64,000 bases of DNA from Gammaproteobacteria bacterium (GTDB lineage: Bacteria > Pseudomonadota > Gammaproteobacteria > Steroidobacterales > Steroidobacteraceae): contig JADJHU010000018.1 in NCBI GenBank assembly GCA_016707425.1, positions 11,980 through 75,979 of the forward strand. Direction: 5' to 3'. The notes under the pieces are model-generated. The model was not told the origin of the DNA. It ran no database searches and worked only from the letters and a program-made list of their open reading frames with translations. This document shows, piece after piece, positions 8,094 through 17,418 of the stretch. Made by a program: the position numbers and the translations under genes. Every line of letters begins with the position of its first letter. Position 1 is the stretch's first letter.

Positions 8094-11000
8094 TCAGTGA
8101 AAGTCCCGTGAGCGCGTGGGCAATGCGCCCAGCCAGTGGCTGTAGTCTCGCACTTTCTCGGCAATGACATGGATGACGCCGGATTCGGACTGGATCTCGC
8201 CCTGGGCGATCAGGAGTCGTGAGGCGAGCACGGCCTGGCGCTGCTGCTGCAGAACGCCTGGCCAGACGATGAGATTCGTCACGCCACTTTCGTCTTCCAG
8301 ACTCATGAAGAGCACGCCCGAGGCCGTTTCAGGACGCTGTCGATGGGTGACGATGCCGGCGACCCGCACCCGGCGTCCGCTCGGCAGCCGCGGCAGCTCG
8401 TCGGCGCGCCGTACCTGCAGCGCGCTCAGGGAGCGGCGCAGGAGCGCGAGCGGATGACGCCCGAGTGTGAGCCCGAGACTCCGGTAATCGGCGAGCAGCT
8501 CCCCGGCTTCGCCCGGCGGCCGGAGCGGCAGTACCGGTTCGCGGGCCGAGGTGCCGGCCAGCATGCCCGGCAGGCGCTCGGTGCCCAGTGCGCCCCAGAG
8601 CGCCGCACGCCGGTGTGAGGCCAGCGCTCGCAGTGCACCCGCATTCGCCAGGAGTGTCAGCGTATGTCGATCGAGTCGTGCGCGATGCGCGAGCGACGTC
8701 ATGTCGGTGAAGGGTGCGCTGCTCCGGGCCGTCACGATGCGCTGGCCTTCCGCTTCCTGCAGGCCCGCGATGAGGCGCAGGCCCAGGCGCACCTCCGGCG
8801 TGCCGTCTGTCCCGTGCTCGAGCGTGCAGTCCCAGTCGCTCGCCTGTACGTCGACGGCACGGAAGACGACCCCATGGCGGCGCGCATCGGCCACGAGCTG
8901 TGCGGGTGCGTAGAAACCCATCGGCTGGCTGTTCAGGAGCCCGGCGGCAAACGCGGCATGCTGATGACAGCGCAGCCACGAGGAGACATAGGCGAGCAGC
9001 GCGAAGGAGGCAGCGTGGGCCTGGGGAAAGCCATAAGCGCCGAAACCCAGGATCTGCTGGAAGATTGATTCGGCGAAACCCCGTGCGTAACCGCGCGCGA
9101 GCATGCCGTCGATCAGTCGACTGCGAAACTGCTCGAGCCCTCCGCGGCGTTCCCAGGCGGCCATCGAGCGGCGCACCATGTCGGCCTCACCCGCTGAAAA
9201 TCCGGCTGCGACCATGGCGATCTCCATTACCTGCTCCTGGAAGAGCGGCACGCCATAGGTTCGGCCGAGGACGCGCTCCAGCTCCGCGCTTGGATAGGTG
9301 ACGGGCTCGAGTCCTTCGCGGCGACGCAGATAGGGATGCACCATTCCGCCCTGGATGGGCCCGGGGCGGATGATGGCGATCTGCACGACCAGGTCGAAAT
9401 ACTCGCGCGGCTTCAGTCTCGGCAGCATGGACATCTGCGCGCGGGACTCCACCTGGAAGACACCGGTCGACTCACCCCGGCAGAGCATCTCGTAGGTCTG
9501 CGGATCCTCGGGCGGAATGTCCTGCATCCGGAAAGGCTGGCCATCGAAGCGGCTCTTGAGTTCGAGCGCGCGGCGGATGACCGAGAGCATGCCGAGGCAC
9601 AGGCAGTCCACCTTGAGCAGCCCGAGCGCCTCGAGGTCGTTTTTGTCCCACTGGATGATCGTGCGATCAGGCATCGCCGCGTTCTCGACCGGCACGAGCG
9701 AGGAGAGCGGCTGCTCCGAGATGACGAAACCTCCCACGTGCTGGGAGAGATGGCGCGGAAAACCGACGAGCTGCGAGACGAGGGCGAAGAGCTGACGCGA
9801 GACTCGCGCGTCCGGATCGAAGCCCAGGCGGGCGAGCTGCCCGGGAATCTCGTTGCCATCGAACCAGTAGAGCGACTTCGCCAGTGCAGCGATGACGTCG
9901 GCGGGCAGACCGAGGGCCCTGCCCACGTCGCGCACTGCGAGGCGCCGGCGATAGGTGATCACGGTGGCGGCGAGTGCCGCGCGGTGGCGGCCGTATTTTT
10001 CATAGATGTGCTGGATGACTTCTTCGCGGCGCTGGTGCTCGAAGTCGATGTCGATGTCGGGAGGCTCGCGCCGCTCCCGGCTCACGAAGCGTTCCATGAG
10101 CATGGAGACACGCTCGGGATCAACCTCGGTGATCCCGAGTGCATAGCAGACGACGGAATTCGCCGCGCTACCCCGTCCCTGGCACAGAATGCCGCGGCCG
10201 CGCGCGAAGCGGACGATTTCCTCCACGGTCAGGAAGTAGTGCTCGAACCGCAGTTCCTCGATCAGCGCGAGCTCCTTTTCGACGAGGGCACGCACGTGCC
10301 CGGAAGCGCCCCGCGGCCAGCGTCGCAGGAGGCCTTCCTCGGTGAGGATGCGGAGATGTCCGATCGCCGTGCGATCCCGGGGAACGAGCTCGCGCGGGTA
10401 CTCGTAGCGCAGGGACGAGAGCGAGAAGGTGCAGCGTGCGGCGATCTCGAGCGTTCCTGCCAGGAAGTGAGGCGGATAGAGCCGTCGCAGCGTGGCGAGC
10501 GGACGCAAGTGACGTTCGCCATTGGCGAAGCCTGCACGCCCGATCTCCGCGACCGTCCTGCCCAGGCGGATCGCGGTCAGGACGTCGTGAAGCGCACGGC
10601 GCTCGCGCACGTGGTAGTGCACGTCGCCCATGGCGACGACGGCAATGCCCATGGAAGCAGCCAGCGCTTCGAGCCGTGCGAGGTGCTGCGTGCTCTGCTG
10701 CGCGAGGTCGTGGGTGAACCCCATAGCCCTGAATGCCAGGGGCAGCTGCGAGAACCATCCGGCGTGCCGTGCGTCGAGACTGGATGCGGCCATCCAGATG
10801 CCGATGCACCCGGAAAGGTCCGTCATGAAGTCCTCGCGACGGATGCGGTACCGACCCTTGGTGGCCAGGCGGCGTGCCTGCGTGATGAGCTCGCACAGCT
10901 GTGAATATGCAGCCTGCGTCGGCGCGAGCAGCACCACGCGATCGCCTTCGGGGAACCGGAACTGACTGCCCACGATGAGCTTGATGCCCGCTTCGCTCGC

Positions 11001-11159
11001 CGCCTCGTGAGCGCGGACCACTCCGGCGAGCGTGCACTCGTCCGTAAGCGCGATGGCCGCATAGCCGAGCTCTTTTGCACGGCGCACGAGCTCGTGCGGG
11101 TGCGAAGCACCTCGCTGGAAGGTGAAGCTGGAGCAGGCGAGCAGCTCGGCATAGCCCAT
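8094..11159 (-). CDS. dnaE2: Error-prone DNA polymerase DnaE2 (ImuC)
   Basis: Track ORF 8094..11285. I trimmed the start to MGYAELLACSSFTFQRGASHPHELV (PHP domain start typical of DnaE2). Pol III alpha core blocks occur throughout. The ATG at 11159 lies 5 nt after the imuB stop. Confidence 0.9.
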   Translation of the reverse strand: MGYAELLACSSFTFQRGASHPHELVRRAKELGYAAIALTDECTLAGVVRAHEAASEAGIKLIVGSQFRFPEGDRVVLLAPTQAAYSQLCELITQARRLATKGRYRIRREDFMTDLSGCIGIWMAASSLDARHAGWFSQLPLAFRAMGFTHDLAQQSTQHLARLEALAASMGIAVVAMGDVHYHVRERRALHDVLTAIRLGRTVAEIGRAGFANGERHLRPLATLRRLYPPHFLAGTLEIAARCTFSLSSLRYEYPRELVPRDRTAIGHLRILTEEGLLRRWPRGASGHVRALVEKELALIEELRFEHYFLTVEEIVRFARGRGILCQGRGSAANSVVCYALGITEVDPERVSMLMERFVSRERREPPDIDIDFEHQRREEVIQHIYEKYGRHRAALAATVITYRRRLAVRDVGRALGLPADVIAALAKSLYWFDGNEIPGQLARLGFDPDARVSRQLFALVSQLVGFPRHLSQHVGGFVISEQPLSSLVPVENAAMPDRTIIQWDKNDLEALGLLKVDCLCLGMLSVIRRALELKSRFDGQPFRMQDIPPEDPQTYEMLCRGESTGVFQVESRAQMSMLPRLKPREYFDLVVQIAIIRPGPIQGGMVHPYLRRREGLEPVTYPSAELERVLGRTYGVPLFQEQVMEIAMVAAGFSAGEADMVRRSMAAWERRGGLEQFRSRLIDGMLARGYARGFAESIFQQILGFGAYGFPQAHAASFALLAYVSSWLRCHQHAAFAAGLLNSQPMGFYAPAQLVADARRHGVVFRAVDVQASDWDCTLEHGTDGTPEVRLGLRLIAGLQEAEGQRIVTARSSAPFTDMTSLAHRARLDRHTLTLLANAGALRALASHRRAALWGALGTERLPGMLAGTSAREPVLPLRPPGEAGELLADYRSLGLTLGRHPLALLRRSLSALQVRRADELPRLPSGRRVRVAGIVTHRQRPETASGVLFMSLEDESGVTNLIVWPGVLQQQRQAVLASRLLIAQGEIQSESGVIHVIAEKVRDYSHWLGALPTRSRDFH

Positions 11160-11164
11160 GGCCT

Positions 11165-12568
11165 CTAGCTCCAGATGCCCTGCAGGTACCAGCGACTCGT
11201 GCGCACGTCCCGGTAGAGCCACCAGCGCGCCCCTTCCGGTGTGCGCGCCAGGTAGTAGTCTCGGGAAGAATCCTCGCCTGCCCACCAGCCTGCCTCGATA
11301 CGCTCGGGCTTGCCGCAGAGCGCGGGCAGGCGCTCGATGGGCTTTGCTTCGAGAAACCAGAGCGGCCGGTCGGGGTAATCATCGGAGAACGGTGGATCGG
11401 CTGTCGTGCCGTCCAGCACCCAGGCGCGCTCGGGGCGGTGATCGTCCGCCAGGCCCAGCCGGCGCACTGCCGTCTCACCCAGGCGGGCGCGCAGCCTGTC
11501 GAGGAGCACCGTCCAGTCTTCGTTTGGCCGGGCATCCTGATCGAAGAAATCCCCCTGACGGATCGCCGGCGCGAGGAGCTCATCGGCTGCCAGCCGGATG
11601 CCCGTGACGGCTTCAGGAAGGACCGTGCGCTCGAGCCGCTCACGCAGGAGCGCAAAGAGCCGCACGGCTTCGCGCTGCGGGCTGCTCGTGCGAACGTGGA
11701 GCATGGTTCGTGCAGCGCCTCGATGTTGCAGCGTCACGGTGAGATGCTGCAGGGCCAGGTCCCGCCCGCGCAGGAATCCCTCCAGCTCCTGGAGCAGGCG
11801 TCGCAGAGGGAAGAGGAGCCCCTCGACGGTCGCGATGGGGCAGGTGCAGTCATGGTCACGGCGGTAGCGGTCCGGCGCCCGGTGCCGCGGGCGCGGATCG
11901 GGCAACTCACCCGTGAGCTGCCGGAGATAGAGCGGCACCTCGGGACCGAAGCGGCGCGCGAGGGCGGCTGCGGGCAGCGCGAGCGCTTCGGCGATGGTGC
12001 GCAGCCCGGTGGCTCGCAGGGCAGCGACCACTTCGGGATCCAGCGCGAGAAGGCCGAGTTCCCCGGGACCGAGGCGTTCGAGCAGCGCCGGGCGGTCCAG
12101 GGCAATTCCCGAGCGCGCCTCGCGTGCCAGGATGGCGGCGCCTTCGAGGGTGGGCGCGACGCCCGAGTGTGCCGTGAAGCCGAGCGCAGCGATGCTCTCC
12201 TCGATGCGCCCGGTGAGTGCGGGCAGACTGCCGAAATAACGTGTGCTGCCCCCCACCTCCATCCAGAGAAGCCAGCGCGAGGCATCCAGGCACACCTCGG
12301 CGCTGAACTGCAGCGCCCAGTTGGCGAGACCTGCGAGGGCGCGTGCTTCCCGGGAAGGCGAGCGCTCGATGAGTCGCAGCGTGGGTTCTCTGGCCAGTGC
12401 CGTCACGGCATCGATGCCGGTTTCGATGCCTGCAGCGTGTGCCGAGGTGTTGCAGGCGAGGACGATGCGTCGCCCTCGCCGGCGATTCACGACGGCGCAC
12501 GGAAGGTTGGTTGGCGCAGGTTCGCGCTCGAGGGGGAGATTCGGAAGGAAGAGCGCCATCCAGAGCAT
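11165..12568 (-). CDS. imuB: Y-family polymerase-like protein ImuB
   Basis: 467 aa. MLWMALFLPNLPLE is the characteristic ImuB N-terminus. It sits between imuA and dnaE2. Confidence 0.85.
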   Translation of the reverse strand: MLWMALFLPNLPLEREPAPTNLPCAVVNRRRGRRIVLACNTSAHAAGIETGIDAVTALAREPTLRLIERSPSREARALAGLANWALQFSAEVCLDASRWLLWMEVGGSTRYFGSLPALTGRIEESIAALGFTAHSGVAPTLEGAAILAREARSGIALDRPALLERLGPGELGLLALDPEVVAALRATGLRTIAEALALPAAALARRFGPEVPLYLRQLTGELPDPRPRHRAPDRYRRDHDCTCPIATVEGLLFPLRRLLQELEGFLRGRDLALQHLTVTLQHRGAARTMLHVRTSSPQREAVRLFALLRERLERTVLPEAVTGIRLAADELLAPAIRQGDFFDQDARPNEDWTVLLDRLRARLGETAVRRLGLADDHRPERAWVLDGTTADPPFSDDYPDRPLWFLEAKPIERLPALCGKPERIEAGWWAGEDSSRDYYLARTPEGARWWLYRDVRTSRWYLQGIWS

Positions 12569-12580
12569 CGCAGTCGGTGC

Positions 12581-13231
12581 TCACTGGCGGTTGCCGCCGG
12601 GCGGCAAGGACAGGAGGAACTCACACGGATGCCCGCCGCGCACCTTGAGAACCTTGAGACGCAGCAGCCCGTCCCGGGGTTCGAGCTCCATGCGCAGGCC
12701 CGCAGGAGAAGCGTGCCTCAGGCTCGGGAGCGGTCGATAGATGAAGGCGAGCGCCTGGCTGCTTTCGGCGGCAAGCTGCAGTCGCCTCAGGTGACGGTCA
12801 TCGGCGTCTGTACTCCAGAGCAGCACCGCACCTGCGCCGCCTCGCAACAACTGTTCGGCGGCCCAGAGGCCTTCGTGATCGTTGGCTGCTGCGACCCATA
12901 CGAGTCGCCCGAGCGGCAGATCCGCACGCCGGAACGCCGGTGCGTAGGGCACGTATGGCGGGCGGACCAGCGCGATCTGCCTGCCCGCACGGGTGATCGT
13001 TTTCAGCGCAGGAAGAGCCAGGCTGAGCTCGCCGATCCCGTCGCAGTGCGGCACGAGCTCGACGAGCGTACCGAGAGGCCACCCACCACCCGGCAGCGTA
13101 CGGTCGAGCTCCTCGAAACTGCTGCGGACCGTGATGAGCGTCCCGTGTTCGCGTCCGCGCCAGAGATGCGGCAGCTCCTGGAGAAGCTGCTGGACTGTGA
13201 CGACAGGAGAGGCAGATTCTGGCGAGGGCAT
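12581..13231 (-). CDS. imuA: Translesion-synthesis associated protein ImuA (RecA/SulA-like)
   Basis: 216 aa. HLWRG...LDRTLPGGGWPLGTLVELV...GIGELSLALPAL is the typical ImuA core. It is the first gene of the cassette. Confidence 0.8.
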   Translation of the reverse strand: MPSPESASPVVTVQQLLQELPHLWRGREHGTLITVRSSFEELDRTLPGGGWPLGTLVELVPHCDGIGELSLALPALKTITRAGRQIALVRPPYVPYAPAFRRADLPLGRLVWVAAANDHEGLWAAEQLLRGGAGAVLLWSTDADDRHLRRLQLAAESSQALAFIYRPLPSLRHASPAGLRMELEPRDGLLRLKVLKVRGGHPCEFLLSLPPGGNRQ

Positions 13232-13259
13232 GTGCGCAGAGTAGGGCAGCGCGCCATGC

Positions 13260-13275
13260 CTGTACAGACATACAG
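13260..13275. promoter_or_regulatory. LexA (SOS) box, CTGT-N8-ACAG type
   Basis: Read directly: CTGTACAGACATACAG, a palindromic CTGT-N8-ACAG. It lies 29-44 nt upstream of the imuA ATG. Confidence 0.7.
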
Positions 13276-13295
13276 TCTATTTCGAGGGGGCTCAG

Positions 13296-13341
13296 CTAAT
13301 AAAATATTATATAAATCAATTGACTACAAATATTTTATCAT
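13296..13341. promoter_or_regulatory. AT-rich promoter-like tract upstream of imuA
   Basis: CTAATAAAATATTATATAAATCAATTGACTACAAATATTTTATCA lies in an otherwise GC-rich genome. It contains TATAAT and TTGA(C/T)T-like hexamers on both strands. It sits between the stop of the OYE gene and the LexA box. Confidence 0.4.
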
Positions 13342-13351
13342 GGTCTACGAC

Positions 13352-14413
13352 TCATCCGAGCGTGAGATAGTCGATATAGCCCTTCGGTCCCGGCGTATAG
13401 AGCGTCGCCCGGTCGAACTCAGCGAGCGGCAGCCCTTCACGCAGGCGGCGCACGAGATCGGGATTGCCGATGAAGTGGCGCGCGAAGGACACGGCCGCTG
13501 CGGCCCCCTGGTCGAGGTAGCGCTGCGCCGATTCCGGCGTCAGGCCGTCATTGAGCAGGATGGGTCCCCGGAAGTGCGCTCGAGCGAGTTCGAGACCGTG
13601 GATCCGGGGCGTTTTCATCCGGATGAGGTGCAGATAGGCGAGCCCGAGCGGATTCACTGCCTCGAGGAGCGTCCCGTAGGTCTCGACTGGATCGTCGTCA
13701 TGGGTGTCGTTGAAGTCGTTGCCCGCACGCAGCCGCAGGCCCACACGACCGCTGCCTGCAACCTCGCTCATGGCCGCGAGCGTCTCGACGACGAAGCGGG
13801 CGCGGTTTGCTGCGGAGCCGCCATAAGCGTCCGTACGATGATTGGCGCCGCTGGTGAGGAACTGCTCGGGCAGATAGCCGCTCCCGCAGTGGAGCTCGAC
13901 GCCGTCGAAGCCGGCTTCGAGCGCCAGTCGGGTCGCCTGCCGGTACTCGTCGATGACGCCGGGAATCTCCTCGAGTGCGAGTGCGCGCGGCATGTCGAAG
14001 TCCACCATGCCGGCAGCATCCGTATACATCTTGCCGGCTGCGCGGATCGCAGACGGTGCCACCGTCTCGGTGCCGGGATCCTTGTTGTAGTGGCTCGCGA
14101 TGCGCCCGCAGTGCATGAGCTGCACGACGATGCAGCCGCCCTCGTGGTGCACGGCATCCGTCACGGCGCGCCAGGCGCGCACCTGCTGCGAGGTGTGGAG
14201 ACCCGGTGTGCGGCAGTAACCCTTGCCGTTGGCGCTCGGTTGCGTGCCTTCGGTGACGATGAGCCCGGCACTTGCGCGCTGGCGGTAGTACTCGACATTC
14301 ATCGCCGTGGGCGCATCGCCTTCGCCCGCACGGCTGCGAGTCATCGGCGCCATGACGATGCGGTTGCGCAGGCTGAGATCACCCAGCCGGACGGGATCGA
14401 ACAGCGTCGGCAT
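13352..14413 (-). CDS. NADH:flavin oxidoreductase, Old Yellow Enzyme family (alkene reductase, NemA/XenB-like)
   Basis: 353 aa. LRNRIVMAPMTRSRA, QLMHCGR and ELHCGSGYLPEQFL are OYE hallmarks. Confidence 0.85.
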   Translation of the reverse strand: MPTLFDPVRLGDLSLRNRIVMAPMTRSRAGEGDAPTAMNVEYYRQRASAGLIVTEGTQPSANGKGYCRTPGLHTSQQVRAWRAVTDAVHHEGGCIVVQLMHCGRIASHYNKDPGTETVAPSAIRAAGKMYTDAAGMVDFDMPRALALEEIPGVIDEYRQATRLALEAGFDGVELHCGSGYLPEQFLTSGANHRTDAYGGSAANRARFVVETLAAMSEVAGSGRVGLRLRAGNDFNDTHDDDPVETYGTLLEAVNPLGLAYLHLIRMKTPRIHGLELARAHFRGPILLNDGLTPESAQRYLDQGAAAAVSFARHFIGNPDLVRRLREGLPLAEFDRATLYTPGPKGYIDYLTLG

Positions 14414-14419
14414 GGCAGC

Positions 14420-15037
14420 TCAGCTCACCCGCACGCGGGGCAGCGGCTGGCCGCGGCGCATGGTCTCGATGAACTTGCCGTAGGGCGCGGGTTCGGCCAC
14501 TGGCACATCGGGCTGCGGACCCTTGGTCCAGAAATCCTTCCACGTCGGGAAGAGATCGTGGAAGCCACCCTCGTAGGGTTCACGGCCGGGCCAGCGCATC
14601 TTCATGTCGCCGATGGGCGGCTTGTTGAGATCACTCGCATACCAGTAGAGCGGCAGGCGTCGCCGGAAATACCAGCGACCCTCGATGCGCTCATAGCGGT
14701 CGAAGTACATCATCTGCATGACGACCCACTCGGGCCCGGTCTCGTGTTCGTTCTTGGAGTACACGATGCCTTCGGCGGTGTCACGGTCGATGAATTCGAT
14801 GATGTGGCCGCCGGTGTGATGCGAGGTACCCGTGAATTGCACCCGGTGCACCTTGTCGAACCAGTTGCGCAGCGCCTGGCGGCCACTCTGGCCACCGCCG
14901 ACGCGCACGTCGGCCGGGAAGAGGCTCACCCAGGCGTCCGCATCGCGCATGTCGAGCGCGAGGGCGTACTTGGCGGGCAGCTGGCGGATTTCCTCGATGG
15001 CTTCGAGCCGGTCGATACGCTCGAGCAGTTCCTTCAT
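14420..15037 (-). CDS. NTF2/SnoaL-like family protein with C-terminal extension
   Basis: The track ORF starts at a TTG at 15061. I prefer the ATG at 15037 (MKELLERIDRLEAIEEIRQLPAKYALALDMRD...), a typical SnoaL_4 N-terminus. Confidence 0.7.
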   Translation of the reverse strand: MKELLERIDRLEAIEEIRQLPAKYALALDMRDADAWVSLFPADVRVGGGQSGRQALRNWFDKVHRVQFTGTSHHTGGHIIEFIDRDTAEGIVYSKNEHETGPEWVVMQMMYFDRYERIEGRWYFRRRLPLYWYASDLNKPPIGDMKMRWPGREPYEGGFHDLFPTWKDFWTKGPQPDVPVAEPAPYGKFIETMRRGQPLPRVRVS

Positions 15038-15057
15038 CTCTGGCAAGGCAGGTCCTC

Positions 15058-17355
15058 TCAACGGATGCTCACGGTGACCGCGTCGATGCGGCCGGTGAAG
15101 TCATTGTAGGGTGGGTAGTCGCCGACAGGCGAGCCGGTGTCGACGCCGATGTCGAAGGTCTCGTCGATCGTGAAGTAGTAAGGCGCCGTGCGTTCGAGGC
15201 GACCGCTGGCGACGGGCTTGCCGTCCACGGACAGGGTGATCGCCGCCGGTCGCCCGAAACCTTCGCCTTCGTAGGCCAGGTCGAGCGCGACGGCCGCTGC
15301 ACCGGGAGGCAGCGGGTCGTGGCCGACAAGGGTGCTGCGGCTCACGCCGAAGAGGCTGTAAGCGTAGGCCGGGTGGCCGGACGCATCGACATAGAGTGAC
15401 CAGCCGCCGTTTTTCCCGCCTTCCGCCGCGATCACGCCATGTGACGGCGCCCCGCCCTCGGGTGTGTGCAGCTTCGCCACGATGCGGTGCGAGCGAAAGA
15501 CGAAGGGCGGCGCCTGGGTCTCCGGCGTACCCACCGTGCCGCGATGGAAGACGAATTCGCTGCGTCCCGCGCTCAGGTTCGGCAGCCCGCGTGCGGGCTC
15601 GCCATCGAGCAGCGGCAGCACGTGATTGCGCGCAGCTTCCTGCTCGAACAGGGCCTGGAGCTCGCGAAGCTTCTGAGGTTCCTTTGCCGCGAGGTCATGT
15701 GCCTGGCTGAAGTCACGCGTGAGGTCGTAGAGCTCCCAGCGATCGGCCTCGAAGGGTCGGGGCTTCGAGTCCAGCAGGGCCCATGGGGCCTTGCCGTGGA
15801 AGGCACTCGCCATCCAGCCGTCGTGATAGATCGAGCGGTTGCCATAGATTTCGTAGTACTGCGTGGTGTGCCGGCTCGGCGCCGCCGCATCCGTGAAGCT
15901 GTAGAGCAGACTCACGCCGTCGATCTGCTGCTGCGGCACGCCGTTCACTGTGGCCGGTGCCTCGATGCCGGCAGCCTCCAGCACCGTGGGCATGATGTCG
16001 GCGACGAAGCCGTACTGAGAGCGGAGTCCCCCGGCATCACGGATGCGCGCCGGCCAGGTCACGACCATGGCATTGCGGATGCCACCCAGGTGCGAGGCGA
16101 CCTGCTTGGTCCACTGGAGGGGCGCATCCATTGCCCAGGCCCAGCCGGCCGGATAGTGGGCCGAGGCTGTCGGGCCACCGAGCTCATCGAGGCGGCGCAG
16201 CATCTCGGCATCCGGCATGAGCACGCCCTGGATCGCACCGTGCTCGGACCAGCCGCCCGCGAGACCGCCCTCGGCGCTCGCGCCGTTGTCACCGAAGATG
16301 TAGAAGAAGAGCGTATTGTCGGACTGGCCCATGGCGTCGAGTGCTGCGGCAAGGCGGCCGATCGCCGCGTCGGTGTGCGCGAGATAACCTGCATACACTT
16401 CCATGAGTCTCGAAGCGATACGCTGCCGCTCGGGACTGAGCGAACTCCACGCGGGCAGCTCCGCGGGGCGCGGCGTGAGTGCGGTGTTCTGCGGCACGAC
16501 ACCGAGCTTCTTCTGGCGGGCGAGGGTCTCTTCTCGCACGCGGTCCCAGCCCTGGTCGAACTTTCCGCGGAAGCGGGCGATCCATTCGGGAGGCGCCTGC
16601 AGGGGCGCGTGTGTGCCGCCCGGGGCGAAGTAGAGGAGAAAGGGCTTCTGCGGCACGAGTGATCTCTGCGCTTCGAGCCACTGGATCGCATGCGCGGTGA
16701 GATCGTCGTTCAGGTGGTAGCCCGGCCGGAGCGGCGGACGCGTCGGTGCCGTGCCTTCATAGAGCGTCGGGTGGAACTGATCGGTCTCGCCATCCATGAA
16801 GCCGTAGAACTTCTCGAAACCCATGCCAGTCGGCCAGCGATCGAAAGGCCCGGCCTGCGAGACTTCCCAGGGCGGCGCGAGATGCCACTTGCCGATGGCC
16901 GCCGTGCCGTAACCGTTCTGGCGCAGGACCTCTGCAAGCGTCGCAGCGCTCGGCGGCAGCATGCCGGTGCGCCCCGGATAGGGCGCCGGCGTGTTCATCA
17001 CGTTGCCGAGGCCGACGGCGTGCGAGTTGCGACCCGTGAGGAGCGAGGCGCGCGTGGGGCTGCATATTCCGGTCGTATGAAAAGTGTTGTAGCGCAGTCC
17101 GCGCTGCGCGAGGCGGTCGAGCGTCGGCGTCGGTACGGGACCTCCGAAAGTACTGGCAGCGCCGAAGCCGACGTCATCGAGCAGCACGATGACGACGTTC
17201 GGTGCACCGGTCGGGGCCTGGCGATGCGGGAAGAGGGCGGGTGAAGGTGAAGCTGCAGCTGCAGCGGGTGCAACCTCGAGCGCCGAGGTTCCGGAGAGCG
17301 CCAGCAGCAGGAGCGCGCAACTCCGGAGGGACCGAGTGGCGTGGCGGTGCAGCAT
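15058..17355 (-). CDS. Arylsulfatase (Cys-type, periplasmic), copy A
   Basis: The track ORF runs to 18033, but the signal peptide begins at the ATG at 17355 (MLHRHATRSLRSCALLLLALSG). Sulfatase signature HTTGICSPTRASLLTGRN. LLDDVGFG metal-binding N-terminus. Confidence 0.9.
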   Translation of the reverse strand: MLHRHATRSLRSCALLLLALSGTSALEVAPAAAAASPSPALFPHRQAPTGAPNVVIVLLDDVGFGAASTFGGPVPTPTLDRLAQRGLRYNTFHTTGICSPTRASLLTGRNSHAVGLGNVMNTPAPYPGRTGMLPPSAATLAEVLRQNGYGTAAIGKWHLAPPWEVSQAGPFDRWPTGMGFEKFYGFMDGETDQFHPTLYEGTAPTRPPLRPGYHLNDDLTAHAIQWLEAQRSLVPQKPFLLYFAPGGTHAPLQAPPEWIARFRGKFDQGWDRVREETLARQKKLGVVPQNTALTPRPAELPAWSSLSPERQRIASRLMEVYAGYLAHTDAAIGRLAAALDAMGQSDNTLFFYIFGDNGASAEGGLAGGWSEHGAIQGVLMPDAEMLRRLDELGGPTASAHYPAGWAWAMDAPLQWTKQVASHLGGIRNAMVVTWPARIRDAGGLRSQYGFVADIMPTVLEAAGIEAPATVNGVPQQQIDGVSLLYSFTDAAAPSRHTTQYYEIYGNRSIYHDGWMASAFHGKAPWALLDSKPRPFEADRWELYDLTRDFSQAHDLAAKEPQKLRELQALFEQEAARNHVLPLLDGEPARGLPNLSAGRSEFVFHRGTVGTPETQAPPFVFRSHRIVAKLHTPEGGAPSHGVIAAEGGKNGGWSLYVDASGHPAYAYSLFGVSRSTLVGHDPLPPGAAAVALDLAYEGEGFGRPAAITLSVDGKPVASGRLERTAPYYFTIDETFDIGVDTGSPVGDYPPYNDFTGRIDAVTVSIR

Positions 17356-17418
17356 GCCGGCTTCCTCCATCTGGGCAATGCGGTACAGTGTACGCTGAAA
17401 GAATGCGAGGAGGGATTC

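Noticed and set aside
11438-15109. 1223-aa + strand ORF, the longest in the track
   Set aside because: It runs antisense to imuB, imuA, the OYE gene and an NTF2 gene. It is Arg/Ala/Gly/Glu-rich with no recognisable domains. This is a typical stop-free antisense frame in high-GC DNA.
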